A DNA stretch of 63,998 bases, the filler included, from Sphacelaria rigidula (Eukaryota), in NCBI GenBank assembly GCA_964200075.2. It is 3 parts of 3 records of this genome, joined end to end, with 100 filler letters (N's around TTAATTAATTAA, not from the genome) between each part and the next. Parts side by side here need not be neighbours in the genome. Positions count along the whole stretch, not along the records: positions 21,455 to 42,801 come from CAXNAA020000432.1; positions 42,902 to 63,998 come from CAXNAA020000466.1; 1 more part is not named here. One strand, given 5' to 3'. The position numbers and the translations under genes were made by a program. Positions 39,901 to 51,440 of the stretch are shown here, in pieces. Within the stretch, counting starts at the first letter, position 1. Each line of letters begins with the position of its first letter. The notes below the pieces were generated by a model that was not told the DNA's origin, searched no databases, and saw nothing but the letters and a program-made list of their open reading frames with translations.

Positions 39901-41343
39901 TACAGGTGGGCAAGAAAAAGGGCCAACAGTTGTACCGATGGGCAAAAGCGCTCGTTAGACGACCGTGCAGCAATCGCATATTATTATTGTCAACGCACAG
40001 ATCCGGCCGACTCTACGATTTGATGTGCAGCTGCGTTTCTCTGCAGAACTTGGAGTATCGGGTCAAGAGTTGCACAAACCAAGATACTGTTTTATTTTGT
40101 GAGAGACCGCGTGATCGCTTTTCGTCTATACTGGTATTGTTTCGGCATATTGAGAATGTGGGCCCCGAACGTTGACGGGGACCTCATCAAACCCAACTTC
40201 AAAATGAAGATGGAGCCGTCTTTCTCGATGAATCAGTACTTGTAATGTGTGCGTGACTTGGGCATCGAACGTTACAAAGTGAGTACGTCACGATATGCAC
40301 TTGGATACAGGCGGCTGTTCTGTCACCCCAGTCACTTTGATGTTTGAAAACCCATAGCATAGAGAGCGGTGCCGCCATACCCATGTTCACTGTACGTCTG
40401 GATTGCGCCACCGAAGGTATCTACCGTCCTCCAACAAAATTTAGCACAGGCGAACGTGATCTACTGTTCGATATTGTTCTCGCGTCTCGCTCAACTTGTT
40501 TAACGAGGCAACACTATGTTCCCGAAGGACTCCGGACTCCGCTTCTCAGGTCGTACCGGGGATGCCTGAGCATCAAACCTGGGCGAGAATTCCATGGAAC
40601 AGCTGTTCCTCTATTAACGTTGTCGTTCAACGGCTTGCACTTCTGCACTACGGTGTTTCAGGCGTCTTCCCTTCGCGGAGTGAACGTGGTTGCGGAGGTA
40701 GAAGAGATCGCTAAGGGCATCGTTCCGCCGTTCGATCAAGGCACTGTCGGGATCAACGTGAAGTCGCTCGGCGCCGCAAAGGTAGTGTGAGGAGCCTTTG
40801 TAGAGTTAATTGATTGATTGATTGATTGATTGGTTGAGTTTCACATGTTGGCTGATCTCCCATGGCCGAAGGACACTAGAGGAGCACAAGAGAGACCCAG
40901 CCGTGGTCACAAGATATGTGCACTCAAGGTAAACGAAGCGGAAATGATTACCAAAGAAGGAGAGGAGAAAAGCAGGAGTATACACCACACATAATGAGTG
41001 AGTTGGGAAACCGAACCAAAGCATGCTGTTGCAAACACAAGACAAAACCAAGCAGGAAAGAAAAGAAAAGAAAAGGAATGGAGGAGAACTACAAAAAGAT
41101 GACTGTAGAAATATTGTAAACAAATGAACCTAGAAAGGCCCCACCCGTGCGGCATGGTTTCAGGTGCAAAACGTCGTGCGCTAAAACCCCGAGCACCCCG
41201 ACAGAAAACAAAAAAAACGTGGGAGCAAATTGTGGCTCAGCTATTTCGGACCATGCTGAACATGAAATATCATCCATGAGCCTTGCGAAAGCAAGGCGCC
41301 AAGCTGCTGCTGCATATCGCTGAGAGGAGAGAACCACGAAAAT

Positions 41344-41376
<33 letters not shown>

Positions 41377-42200
41377 AACGAAAAGGAGAGCAGAGAAGAA
41401 TGGACCTAAGCGAGCGATGAAACCCAAGGACACAGTACAGCATGCACAAAAGCACAACCAAGGAGCACCCCAAGATCATAGGCTGAGGGAAACTACAACG
41501 ACCGATAAAAGAGAAAAAAAAAAAGGTGTACAAAACGACAGGCTCTCTCGATTATTTCCGTCTTGGATTCCTCGCGAGCTATTGCTGGTGTTGCACTAGC
41601 GGTAGTGGCTCTCCGATCGACGACTCTCGATGCAGCAGCCATTCGGTTTTGATGAAGGTCCGATCTGAATTCGGAATTTCTCATACGACTAATCTATGCC
41701 GTTGCTGATGACACCATGCCGCCGTTCAATCAAGGCACCAAGGCACTTCGTACTTCATTAGTGTGACACTGGAATGTCCGTCTTCTGTGGTTGCTCGCGG
41801 TGTAACCCATTTTTATCGCACTCTCGACATATTCAACAGAGGAACCCAATAGCTAATTGCGCTGGCTGGTTCTGTTATTTCAATCGATACTCGACCTTCT
41901 CTTAAGTTCAACGGAAAATGTGACTTATCACGTGAGTTGGGCGTTTCAATCGTATTCGTACATTTCCTGTATTTTGTTGGACCATTGACTTTTTTCCCTA
42001 TCAATTTCGTTACGCCTCGTTTCAAGGTCACTCCACACTCGGCGGTGCAAGCGATCACAGTGGTGGGCACAGCATCTGACCTAAGCGGATACTTCTTCAT
42101 TGGGTTCGAGGGTTACTGGTCGGAGAAGATCGCCTACGATGCTTCCTCTGACGATGTTGCATCCGCTCTTGCGGGAATCCCTGCCATCGGACACGTTAAT
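21913..42200 (+). CDS. giant PA14 + fibronectin type III repeat protein, internal fragment, 26 exons, ~1538 codons
   Basis: Exons: 21913-22027, 22435-22596, 23105-23375, 25402-25577, 26116-26271, 27008-27193, 27602-27712, 28114-28269, 28844-28948, 29487-29620, 30205-30427, 30848-30991, 31408-31605, 31943-32271, 32747-32975, 33215-33375, 33738-33890, 35367-35472, 36212-36478, 37387-37497, 37916-38038, 38634-38813, 39130-39360, 39612-39905, 40662-40781, 42027-42200. All phases are compatible. PA14 motifs WTGFVQP..YTF..EANDGARLWID..IEFRENYG..RLMW. FN3 motifs WxPPxxDGGxxVxxYxIEW and GLxxGxxYxVRVxAxNxxG. Confidence 0.88.
24835..24891 (+). pseudogene. 5S rRNA 5'-half fragment (retroposed pseudogene or SINE3-like head)
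   Basis: AAGAACGGCCATACCACGTCGATAGCATCACATCCCGTCGGCTCTGTGAAGGTATGC resembles the 5' ~55 nt of brown-algal 5S rRNA. A (CAAT)n tail follows. Intronic. Confidence 0.7.
26610..26812 (+). mobile_element. non-LTR retroelement 3' end, intronic
   Basis: CGTTCATCATGTGACCGCGGCTGAACCCTTGGGGGATCTG...CAATCAGTCAAT, same family as 7850 and 20130. Confidence 0.55.
27445..27515 (+). mobile_element. short non-LTR retroelement 3' end with (CAAT)n tail
   Basis: CCACGGGCTGGATTGTTGCAATCAGCTAATGTGAGATAATCAATCAATC. An inverted homologue lies at 42345-42405. Confidence 0.55.
40806..41530 (-). mobile_element. non-LTR retroelement 3' region with (CAAT)n tail and microsatellite
   Basis: (ATTG)n at 40809-40832, CCCAGCCGTGGTCACA core, purine-rich body and (GA)n at about 41345-41376. 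Confidence 0.55.
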
Positions 42201-42344
42201 GTAAGTTCCAGCGTGTTAAGTACCACGAGCGCGGTGAATTTTCAAACATAATTTAAGTTTGCAGGATTTATGTGTCATATGCCATCAGCATTAACGCGAG
42301 TTGGGCTTTTGTTCCATGGACATTGGCATCCACACATGTTCGGG

Positions 42345-42801
42345 GTTGGTTGATTCAATTATTGATTATCTCACATTGGCTGATTGCAACAACCCAGCCC
42401 GTGGTCAGGAGCAGCAACAAAAAGAACAGAATAAGGGAAAAGAAGGAAAGAAACAGAAAAGACAGAAGCAACAGCCACAGAAAGGAATTAAGCATGGAAG
42501 CAGCGACAACAACAACAACAACAACGACGACGACAACAACGACAACAACGACAACAACAAACACACAAATACAAACAACACAGCCAGATGATTATATCGC
42601 ATTCCGTAGCCGATTGCAACACTACAGCTCGTCATCAGAAAAAATGGAGAAAAATGAAAGAAAATAATAAATAGAAGAATGAAACGTAGGGAAAGGAATG
42701 CAAGAGGCAAACAGACAGAGCCAGGCTCGTTTCCCGGGGGGGGGGGGCGTACTCATTTGTTGCTTGCCTTAGTCGTTAGAGATCATGCATGCCATAGTCA
42801 T
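42345..42801 (-). mobile_element. non-LTR retroelement 3' region containing a (CAA/CGA)n microsatellite
   Basis: TTGATTATCTCACATTGGCTGATTGCAACAACCCAGCCCGTGG. Trinucleotide repeat at about 42500-42560. Confidence 0.55.
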
Positions 42802-42901
42802 NNNNNNNNNNNNNNNNNNNNNNNNNNNNNNNNNNNNNNNNNNNNTTAATTAATTAANNNNNNNNNNNNNNNNNNNNNNNNNNNNNNNNNNNNNNNNNNN
42901 N
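42802..42901. other. artificial contig spacer
   Basis: N44-TTAATTAATTAA-N44. Confidence 0.97.
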
Positions 42902-42959
42902 GTTGTCAACAGCTCCATCGTAGGGAAGAACCTCCCAGCCGACGGTCATTTACCACCGT

Positions 42960-43288
42960 AAGAGGGAGAAGTACTACCTCGAACCGCGCTATGCCCCCCC
43001 CAGATGCAAGGCGCTATGCCAGATTATGCGCAAAAATAAAATGGTCGTGTTGGGGTTCGAACTCGTGATCTCTGTAATAAGACGCGGTTCTACCAGTTTG
43101 ACCACCGGGTGCCACACGAAAAATTGGATGCTGTGGATAATTCGAAGAGTTAGGCGCTGAAATTTTGACACATCATTTTGATTATCACTACGCGCAACAT
43201 TTCTCGGAGTGCATCCAGATTTCGTTTTTTTTCACGGACTTATATCGTTTTTCTAGTTTTCGAAAAAAAATCGAATCGCTCTAACTTC

Positions 43289-43352
<64 letters not shown>

Positions 43353-43483
43353 CCAATGCACCCCCAGAAATGTTGTGCGTAGTGATGATAAAAATGTCGT
43401 GTCAAAATTTCAGCGCCTAACTCTTCGAACTACCCGCCGCATCGCCAGAATTTATTCACAAATCACTGTCAGCTGGCCCAGCC
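42960..43483 (+). mobile_element. rearranged relative of the CGAGCTGGGCCAGC-TIR family with (GT)n microsatellite
   Basis: tRNA-like segment at 43043-43113 (minus strand), shared AAAATGTCGTGTCAAAATTTCAGCGCCTAACTC block, (GT)~30 at 43290-43350, end CAGCTGGCCCAGC. Confidence 0.65.
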
Positions 43484-43484
43484 T

Positions 43485-46400
43485 GAACACGTTCGTTGTT
43501 CTTTCTTAGACTATTCATCTCGTTTGAAGCCGTCTTCCGCCGTTCTTCTTCGGGGAGGCTCATGGCCTCATTGAACGTGTTCGGGATTCTTTCGGCTTTC
43601 TTCCCCACCGAACAACTCGAGAGGCTGGTCGTTGTGTAGGCATAGTCCACGACTGATTCCGCCCCAAATGTCTGAGTTTCGACATCTGGTAGGAGCGCGT
43701 TGGTGTATGTTTGCAGTCGTCGTAGCTCAGAGAGCATTTTGTCGTCCACAGTCGCTGCAAGGTGCGTAGAAGCTGCGTCGTCGCTTTTGCCGTTGCGTTC
43801 CCTAAAGGAGCGCGCTGCAATGCCTGCGCGCGTCACTGCAAGAGTTACTCGATGGTGAAAGTGTAGTGACTCGGCTTGGTGCTGTGAGGGGTTGCAGTTT
43901 GCTCCAGCGGTGCACGGCTCTCCGGTGATGTTGTTGGCGACTTCTCTTCACGAGGTGTGTCGTCGTCGTACAGCATGTCCTGCTTGGTGATAGCGCTGAT
44001 TCTCTCCAAAAGATCGGCTACCTATGACTCGTTAGATATCCCGCGGGCAGTGACATGATCGACAGAGGCATGAGCTGGTTGAGCTAGAGCGGAGGTGTGG
44101 TCGCGAAGATCAGGGAAGAAGTCGTAATTGTGGTCCTCTCTGTTGCTGGACTCCTCGTCCCCAAGTGAAGATGGGTGTGTCCAAAGTTGTGGCTCTCCCG
44201 TCGGTGTAAGGTGTAACGGTGTCGCGATGAAGACAACGTTCCTACTCTCCATGATACGTCGGGTGGCCGGGTTGTAGACTCGGTAGCTCTCGCTGTCATT
44301 ACTGTACCCAACTAGTCATCCTTCAACTGCTTTGAGAGCGAGTTTTGAAGTGTGCCTCCCGATATGGACGAAAGCTCTGGCTTCGACAACTCGAAGGTCT
44401 TGGAGATCCGGTTCTGTCTCCTTCAGCATCTTATGAGGGGACTGCATATCAAGCGCGGCATGCGGTGATCTGTTTGCAAGGGAGGTCGCTGTGAACATTT
44501 ATTCTCCCTAGAGAAAAAGTCGGTAAACCGCTGTCGGCAAGCATGCGCTGGATCATGGCTGCAAGCGTCCTCCCTACGCGTTCTGACAGGCCGATTCGTT
44601 GTGGTGTATTGGTGCTCGCAAACTCTAGCAATATGCCTGTCTGCCGGCAGTATGTTCTGAATTCGTTGCCAATAAACTCACCCCCTTTGCCTACCCTGAG
44701 TCGTTCGACCCGAACGCCGCCAGGAACCACCATTGATTACATGAAGGACTGAAATGCGTGAAGTGCGCCGTCTTTGCTTTTTAGGAGGTAAATTTCCGTC
44801 CATCTGGTATGCTCGTCGGAGATTTTGCAGGCGTACTTGAAATCTCCGTGGGCCTCCGGCATCATCGGTCCCATCAAATCTGTCACGACAAGTTGGAAGG
44901 TGCGTTGAACTTTGTCGTTGGCTGTCTTCGGATGAGCAAGTTGATGGACTTTCCCAACAGCGCGAATATCACAGTCCGGGACAGATCCACCGAAGTCCAC
45001 CCGCTTACTTTCGACGGTTTTGAGAAGATTCAAACGACTAATGCCGAGATAGCCCCCCCACAAAAAGTGCACGGGAGACCGTCCGACAAACCGGCTGCGA
45101 TTCCACTTTTGGGCTCGTTTGCAGCAATGCCGCCCACATGAAAGGCTTGTAGCAGTCCGAAATCAGCTATAACGCCCAAATAAGTCGCGTCGTGGAACAC
45201 GAAACCAGCTCTAACGGCATTTATGATCATCGCCTCCGTGCGCATTTTTGGCCGGTTTGTTGGGGGGGGGCTATCTCGGCAGCAGTCAAACTATTACTGT
45301 TCAAGTGCCCCATTCGCCGATGCCATAGCATGGCGGCGTCTGCAGCTTGCATAGCCAGTCCAGGCGCATCGTTGCCACTGATTACTCCTAGAGAAAAGAA
45401 GTTCAGCCCACTTTCCAGCTCCTGGAGCGGAACGGTGAAGTTATTTGTCTCCAGTCTTGGGTTGTTTATCTCGAAAATTGATACCACTCCTTTTTTTGTC
45501 GCTTGCTTGACGGAGAACAGATTCCGTCCCAAGCCAGGCACAACCAAACACGAAATCTGGACCAGGCGTTTGATCCTTCCGTCGTCTTTGATGTGTCCGC
45601 GGAGCAGTCCCTTACCAACCCCTGCCAGTTGGTGTCCCCCTGCGGTGATCTTACGCGAGATCGCCAGTTCCTGGTCGTTGTAGAATTTGTGTCGCAGCCC
45701 CAGGATGAAGGTATCGTCACAGTAATGTTCCGACGCGCCACTGTCTACCATGACAGACAGAGCTGACAGAGCTATTGCTGCCCTCTTTCTACTTGTTGAG
45801 AGCGGGTCCAGCCGCAAGAGCCGACCCGTCATCAGCGTCGGTGATACCGCCAAATGTTTCAGCGTTGTCGTCGAGGTTCGACGTTGCTCGGTGGTATAAT
45901 GAGATCCCAAACATCAAACAGACGTAATGAATCACGGCTATGATGGCCAACGCGCGAGCTGTTGGGAAAAGTGCCTCCTTGATTCCCCGCAATATGTTGT
46001 GAGCACTGCGCTGGAACTCCAGACCCCCGGCCTCCTCGGCCCCGTCCGTCTCTCCGGTAGCACTGAAGAGTCCGCTGCTGTCAAATGAAGTAACGGGTTT
46101 GCTTGTTGGGACGAACGGCCAAAGGTTGTCCGTTCCCCGGGAATCTCGTGTTCTGGGTGCTTCTAATGCATTAAAGGAGATGGCCGGGGTCTGCTTCCTT
46201 GCACTGGTGACTGGTGGGTAACCTGACCACTGCGCGAGATTTGCCGTCTGCTGATTGTTTACCCCCTGCTGGTTGCGCCGTCGCAAGAAACGGCACTCTT
46301 CGTCGCTGTGGGTTGTTGACATGTGGAAGGAGCACCACTTACCTTCTGTCCCTTTTTTTTTGTCTCCTCCTGTCAGTGCTTGGGCCGCGTTTCGAGTGGG

Positions 46401-47170
46401 GCGATTTCTTTCAAGGTGGTCTCGCTTTCCGCAGACGAAGCATGTTCTGTGGTTTTTTCTGCTATCACCACGTCTACTGGCCTGCATGGCGACTCGCGGC
46501 CTGCGACCAAGTTGATGGCATCTGGGCGAGAGAGATAGTCGGTATACAGGGTGCTGACCATGTATCGGAGATCCGCCAAACTATAATCACGGCTCTCGCA
46601 GCTAGCAATACGAACCATTTCGTACTTGGCAGGCAGGGCTCGGAGGATAATGTTCTCGTACCGCTCGTCGGGCATACCTTGTCCCATTTCATCTAGGCGG
46701 TCACGGTAGCCATCCATGACAAACAGAAATTCTTGCGGTTCATCTCCGGACTGCATCGTTGTAGTGTGACATTTTTTGTGGAACTCCCTTCGTGCCTCTT
46801 TGCTATTGCCGTTACATTTGTTGTGCAGCGCTGCGAACGCCGCTTGTCCGTCCCCGATCCCATCCTGTTGGGTTTTTCCCATAGGACGTCTGACGGTACT
46901 GTTTGCTGTTTTTTCCGTGCTAAAGAAAATAAAACAAAACAGATAATTGCTTGCACGATCCCACGCCACTGAAGCTGTCGTGTCACAGGGTGGTTGTTCA
47001 TCATTGATTACGGTGGACCTGGGTCTTTGCCGCCCCTGCAGGAGTTTTGCGGCCGTACCGTGGTGAAGGGAGAGGATGATCCGGAGTTTGTCTTTAAATT
47101 CCCGGAAACTCGCTTTATCTCTGCCATCAAACTTTGGACAGGTGAATTTTGGGGTAAACGGGTTGACTTT
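43485..47170 (-). mobile_element. degenerate Ty1/Copia retrotransposon (gag, protease, integrase, start of RT)
   Basis: Gag (PKFDG...LRALPAKYE), Zn knuckle CFVCGKRDH, protease VMVDSGASEHY, GAG-pre-integrase LWHRRMGHLN, integrase VTDLMGP...KGGEF...NTPQRIGLSER, SH3-like SYRVYNP...ESRNVVF, then PNTFNEAM. Integrase precedes RT, which is Copia order. Multiple frameshifts and stops. Confidence 0.92.
45036..45287. mobile_element. 252-bp MITE with GAC...GTC termini and 4-bp TSD, nested in the Copia
   Basis: GACTAATGCCGAGATAGCCCCCCC...GGGGGGGCTATCTCGGCAGCAGTC flanked by AAAC on both sides. Excision restores the Copia frame (HLNSNSLNLLK). Confidence 0.85.
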
Positions 47171-47171
47171 G

Positions 47172-50100
47172 GGTGGATCGTTGAAAGTGCCCAAACATGA
47201 ACGCTTGTTCAGTAAACAAGCCTCCAGACGCTTTTATCAAAAGCATCGAGACTACGAGGAGGTGGTGTCAGGGAGTAATAAAGGCCGGGCGGTCAAGTGC
47301 GCACTGTTGACCATGCAAGAGTGGGTGCCTAGGCACATTTAGAATTTCGTGTCTGACACCATCTTGGACGGGCCGGCACTGTAGAAGACAAACTGCAGCA
47401 AGGGATTGCATGCCACGCGAAATGCTGAACCGATATGGGAATCGAACCGTCCGAAGCTGCAGCAGGCGTGAAAAAGGCGCTTGCCGCACAATCTGAATCA
47501 ACCGCAATGAGTCGAGTAGAAGGGTAATGGAGTTCATTACGAGAGTACTTTGCGGAAAATGCGAGTGCAGGGTGAGTTTTCGTTGAATCTGATCGTACGT
47601 TCAGGCCTGGTCCAGCACACATCAATACCAGAGCTATGCTCGCCGGGCTAACCCCACCTGAGTTCAAGAATAAAGTTCAAAACATACTCTACATGAAAGG
47701 GGGCTGGAAAGTGCGCCCGAAAATAGTGTACTTCAAAGTATGAGGTAGCTCATGACATGGCGGAAATATGGAAGACTGTGGAGGAGGTTGATAAACACAC
47801 GCCGCCAGCAATCGTAACTTAGGCAAAAGAGCGGTTCACAAGGTTCGAAAAACGTGGCATCGCAGGCCGTAGCAGCGGGTAGTAGCGGTTCTAGCTCAAA
47901 AAAGCCTCACCAACCTGGTCCCAGCTACACAGGCTGCTTTCAGTCAACAAGGGTCGCTACAAGAAGGACTGTAAGAAACAGAGCACACCTGTGGCCACTG
48001 TGAGTGCGTCAGGTGGGCAAGCGAAGTTGCTGCAGCAGCAGCAACAACAACAACAACAGGTGTATGGACAGCGGGGGGGCAGTAAAGGTCCTGCTCCCAC
48101 AAGGGCTGTTTTCCCAGAGGATAGTGCTAGCAGTGCTGAGGTCATGTTGCCATCCCAGCCTTCTGCTCCAGCTCTTGCAGTTAAACTCCCACTGCCGGCG
48201 GGACCGGTTCAGGAGTGGATGTCTCAGACAGTGCCTGTATGACGGGGCTTGCACGCCGCTGAGGTTGCAGATTTACAGGCCGAGGGCGTCATGGTTGACA
48301 AGAAGCAGCGATGCTGCCGGGCAGACTTATTTGTTCCTGGTTCCGCAGCCAAGAACGGTTGCCCTGTCACTGCAGATTTGGATTTGGGGGCTGGCATCAC
48401 TATCATGTCTGAAAAAGTGGCGGCTCAGTTGCAAGCAGCGTTTCCTGATATGCAAGTTGTCACGAGCATGGCTCGCCCAAACTCGGTGAAACTAGCTGAC
48501 GGTAATGTGCGGAGCATGCAGCCGAAGGCGTGCCTCGTGCGCAGTGCTCTACTCACTAGCTGGGTCCCGGTGGTGTTGCATCCGTGTCATTATGCGCCTT
48601 ATGCCAAGTGCCGATGATGTGGTGATTATCGGGAGCGGTACGCTGGAGGCCATGGGCATTGACGTGTACTGTGGGCTGGTATGCGCACGCTCAAGACACA
48701 CATCGGTGATAGGTGCCGATATGCCTGAATTCCGAGAATATAGGCGTGTCAGCATTGTGATTGAGGCATTACAAGATCCAGGTGGACAAGAGGAGCCTGT
48801 GGATTCCTCCGTCGAGTAATTGATGTCGCGTGGTCCCGAGATGAACATGACTCCAGAGGAGGAGATGGCAGAGCATCGCGTTGCACTGGATCATGCGCTA
48901 CAGGCGGCCGCAGATAAGGGCATGTCGGCGAGCCGCGTTAGTAAGCTTCGGGAGATTGTCGGGCGCCGTGTCAACGCTTTTCAGCGAGCGCTGCGCGGGA
49001 GCTTCGCGGTTCCAAACTCGCCGTGATCAAATGGGACGTGTGAAAGGATGATGCGAGAGGTTGGCTGTACTCTGAAGGCGATGCTGCAAGAAGAGAGGCG
49101 CGATGTTTGTGACTAGGTGGGGCTGGTACCTGCCGTGCACGTTGAACACGGCATCCCGCGAGGGCTACGCCAGTACGCCATAACATGTGCTGTTTGGACG
49201 TGCGCCGCGAACGACGTTTTCAACCCTGGCATCATCGACCGGCGGCGAATGGCGACGTGATTTGCTGGATGAAGTCATGCTGCGGGAGAAGGTGGCATCA
49301 GTCGTGGAGACGCAGCAAGAGTTGCACAAGGATAGGCGCAGCGTGTGGAGAAGACTCCTGAACTCCAACGACGTGTTGCCAGTGAGGGACAGGTGCCAAT
49401 TTTCACGGTGGGTGATCATGTGTTGGCTGCGAGGGTTAGGCGCTCAGGGACAACGCCGAAACTCGTAAGTACGTGGACAGGGTCTTGGAGAACCATGGCA
49501 GCGGAGCAAAAACATGTCTACGAGATTCAGAGCATTGTGAATGGCGAGGTGAAGGACGCGCATGTCGCACGTCTTCGGTACTACGCGGACAACGAACTGG
49601 AGATCACCGCGGATCTGAAGGAGGTGTTCCAGTATGCATATGCTCAAGGAGAATTCGAAATGGAGGTCATCGTGGGTATATCTGAGGGTCACGAAGGAGA
49701 TGGTTACGATGTACGTGTGGATAGGGTGGGTTTCGATGACGATGAAAGTTCGTGGGAGCCGTTGGATGCCATTTTGAGAGGAGCGCCGCAGTTTGTACGA
49801 TCTGAACTGCGGAAGTTGAAATTTAATAAGCAGGTATACGCGCGTCTGACGGTCAAGTGTGGCATCAAGCTGTGACTGGTTGTCTGAGTACTTCGTACAT
49901 TGTATCATGCGATCGGTGTTCGTCGAGTATACCGCTCACTTCTCGTTTGCATGAAAATGAGGAGTAGCTCGTGCTGCTTTTTCAAACTGTACTGGCAGGG
50001 GGGTAGTGATTTGAACTTCATGCAGGACATAAATTGATCTTCACGAAGAGTTCCCTGATGCAGTATGGTATTGCATAATTGTTCCTTGTTGCCATCCCAG

Positions 50101-50415
50101 ATTTTTTGTCGGTGTCTACTGATGATCAAGCTCGTTTTCTACCGTTTAGTGGAACGCAGCTGGGGAGCGCTGTAGAGAAAGTACAGTAGCACCTCTAGTA
50201 TGAGGATTACAGTAGCAGGTGGATATCAGGTTGATTGTTGAATGCGTAACATATTGTGTTTGCAGCGAGAGCAAAACAGGGATCACTTCTGTTTTCAACA
50301 AACGAAGACAGCTGTTTGTGTAACTGCTTTAGTCGCGAAGTCTCTGGAACCCTCGACACGGAGGAAGCCTCGGGAGCAGTACCGAGTCATTTTTCTGATT
50401 TCAGACAAGTCTACA
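47172..50415 (+). mobile_element. degenerate, internally deleted Ty3/Gypsy chromovirus-type retrotransposon
   Basis: Gag homologous to 57001-57702, polyQ linker, protease ADLDLGAGIT, integrase C-terminus (LFGRAPRT, FTVGDHVL, KLVSTWTG, HVARLRYY) and chromodomain (YDVRV..VGFDDDESSWEP). Purine-rich tract followed by a 3' LTR TGTAGA...TCTACA. RT and RNase H are missing. Confidence 0.88.
50171..50415 (+). repeat. Gypsy 3' LTR
   Basis: TG...CA ends with short inverted TGTAGA/TCTACA, preceded by TGGGGAGCGC. Second copy inverted at 51113-51333. Confidence 0.75.
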
Positions 50416-50719
50416 GATATCTTGCTTGTTCGGTACATGCGCAATCATGCTTCTGCCCACACAAAGTTTCTTGCCAAGGATACCCTTGTATGATCCGCCA
50501 CCCAGTTTCCGATTGCATGTTGATGACTCATTTATTTCTCCATGATGAATCGCTGGGTCTGCTCATCACATGTCAAAAATCCGTCCAAGTTTCTCTTTAC
50601 ACTGTCGCTATCGGCGAAAGAAGTCTGGAACCCAGTTGAAATCCTCAAAATCAGAGGAGTGCAACCCTGTTCAGGGTGTCTGTCGGAGCACGCACAAGTA
50701 GACGGTCGACTGAAAATTC

Positions 50720-51000
50720 GACGGCACATCCATATCGCTGGCATCATGCAAGCATCTTCTCACGCAGCGTCAATTGGGACCGGTCAATCGCTGTGGGTCA
50801 CGGTATTGAAAATTGACACGTTCAGTATAGCGCACACATGGGACTTGTAGACTGTCAGACGGAAGATTGTCGGCACAACCGTACTTGCCGGCATCATGCA
50901 AGCATCTTTTCAAACAGCATCACTTGTAACTGACCAATCGCTGTGGGTCACAGTATTAAATACTAACACGTTCAGTAGCGCCCACATGGAAATTGTCACA
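50720..51000. repeat. ~150-bp diverged tandem duplication
   Basis: GGCATCATGCAAGCATCTT...CAATCGCTGTGGGTCAC..TATT...ACACGTTCAGTA occurs twice. Confidence 0.75.
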
Positions 51001-51112
51001 CATGAGGTGCATTGAAAAAACAAGAAGTACATGATGCGTCTTATTTCCCACAGGAACCGGAGGAAATCGCACATAGCCATGAGTCCAGGAGGGGTCAATA
51101 ATAAACGTCCAT

Positions 51113-51333
51113 CGTAGACTTGTCTGAAATCAGAACAAGGTCGCAAGATTTAAGCAGTTACACAGACAGCCCTCTTCGTTCGTTAAGCCAGAAGTGACTC
51201 CCTGTTTTGCTCTCCCTGCAAACACAACAGGTTACGCATTCAATAACCATCCTCCAACCCATTGTCACAAGATTTAACCTGCCACCTGCTACTGTAATCC
51301 TCATTCTAGAGGTGCTACTGTACTTAATCTACA
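51113..51333 (-). repeat. solo Gypsy LTR, inverted
   Basis: Reverse-complement similarity to 50171-50415, e.g. CCACCTGCTACTGTAATCCTCAT and GTAGACTTGTCTGAAATCAGAA. Confidence 0.75.
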
Positions 51334-51440
51334 ACCAGCATGCCCCGATCCCTACACGCTTGCGGTATTCGCGCGTGGGTTCGCCAAGGATCAACGCTTT
51401 CGCCTTAGGGGGTGGGTCATGTGGGAGTTGCCCTCATTTT

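Noticed and set aside
43043..43113. tRNA gene candidate
   Set aside because: A/B boxes are present but the acceptor and anticodon stems do not pair properly, and it lies within a dispersed repeat.
42272..43509. Poly-T, poly-V, poly-N and CVCV ORFs
   Set aside because: Translations of (CAA)n and (GT)n microsatellites.
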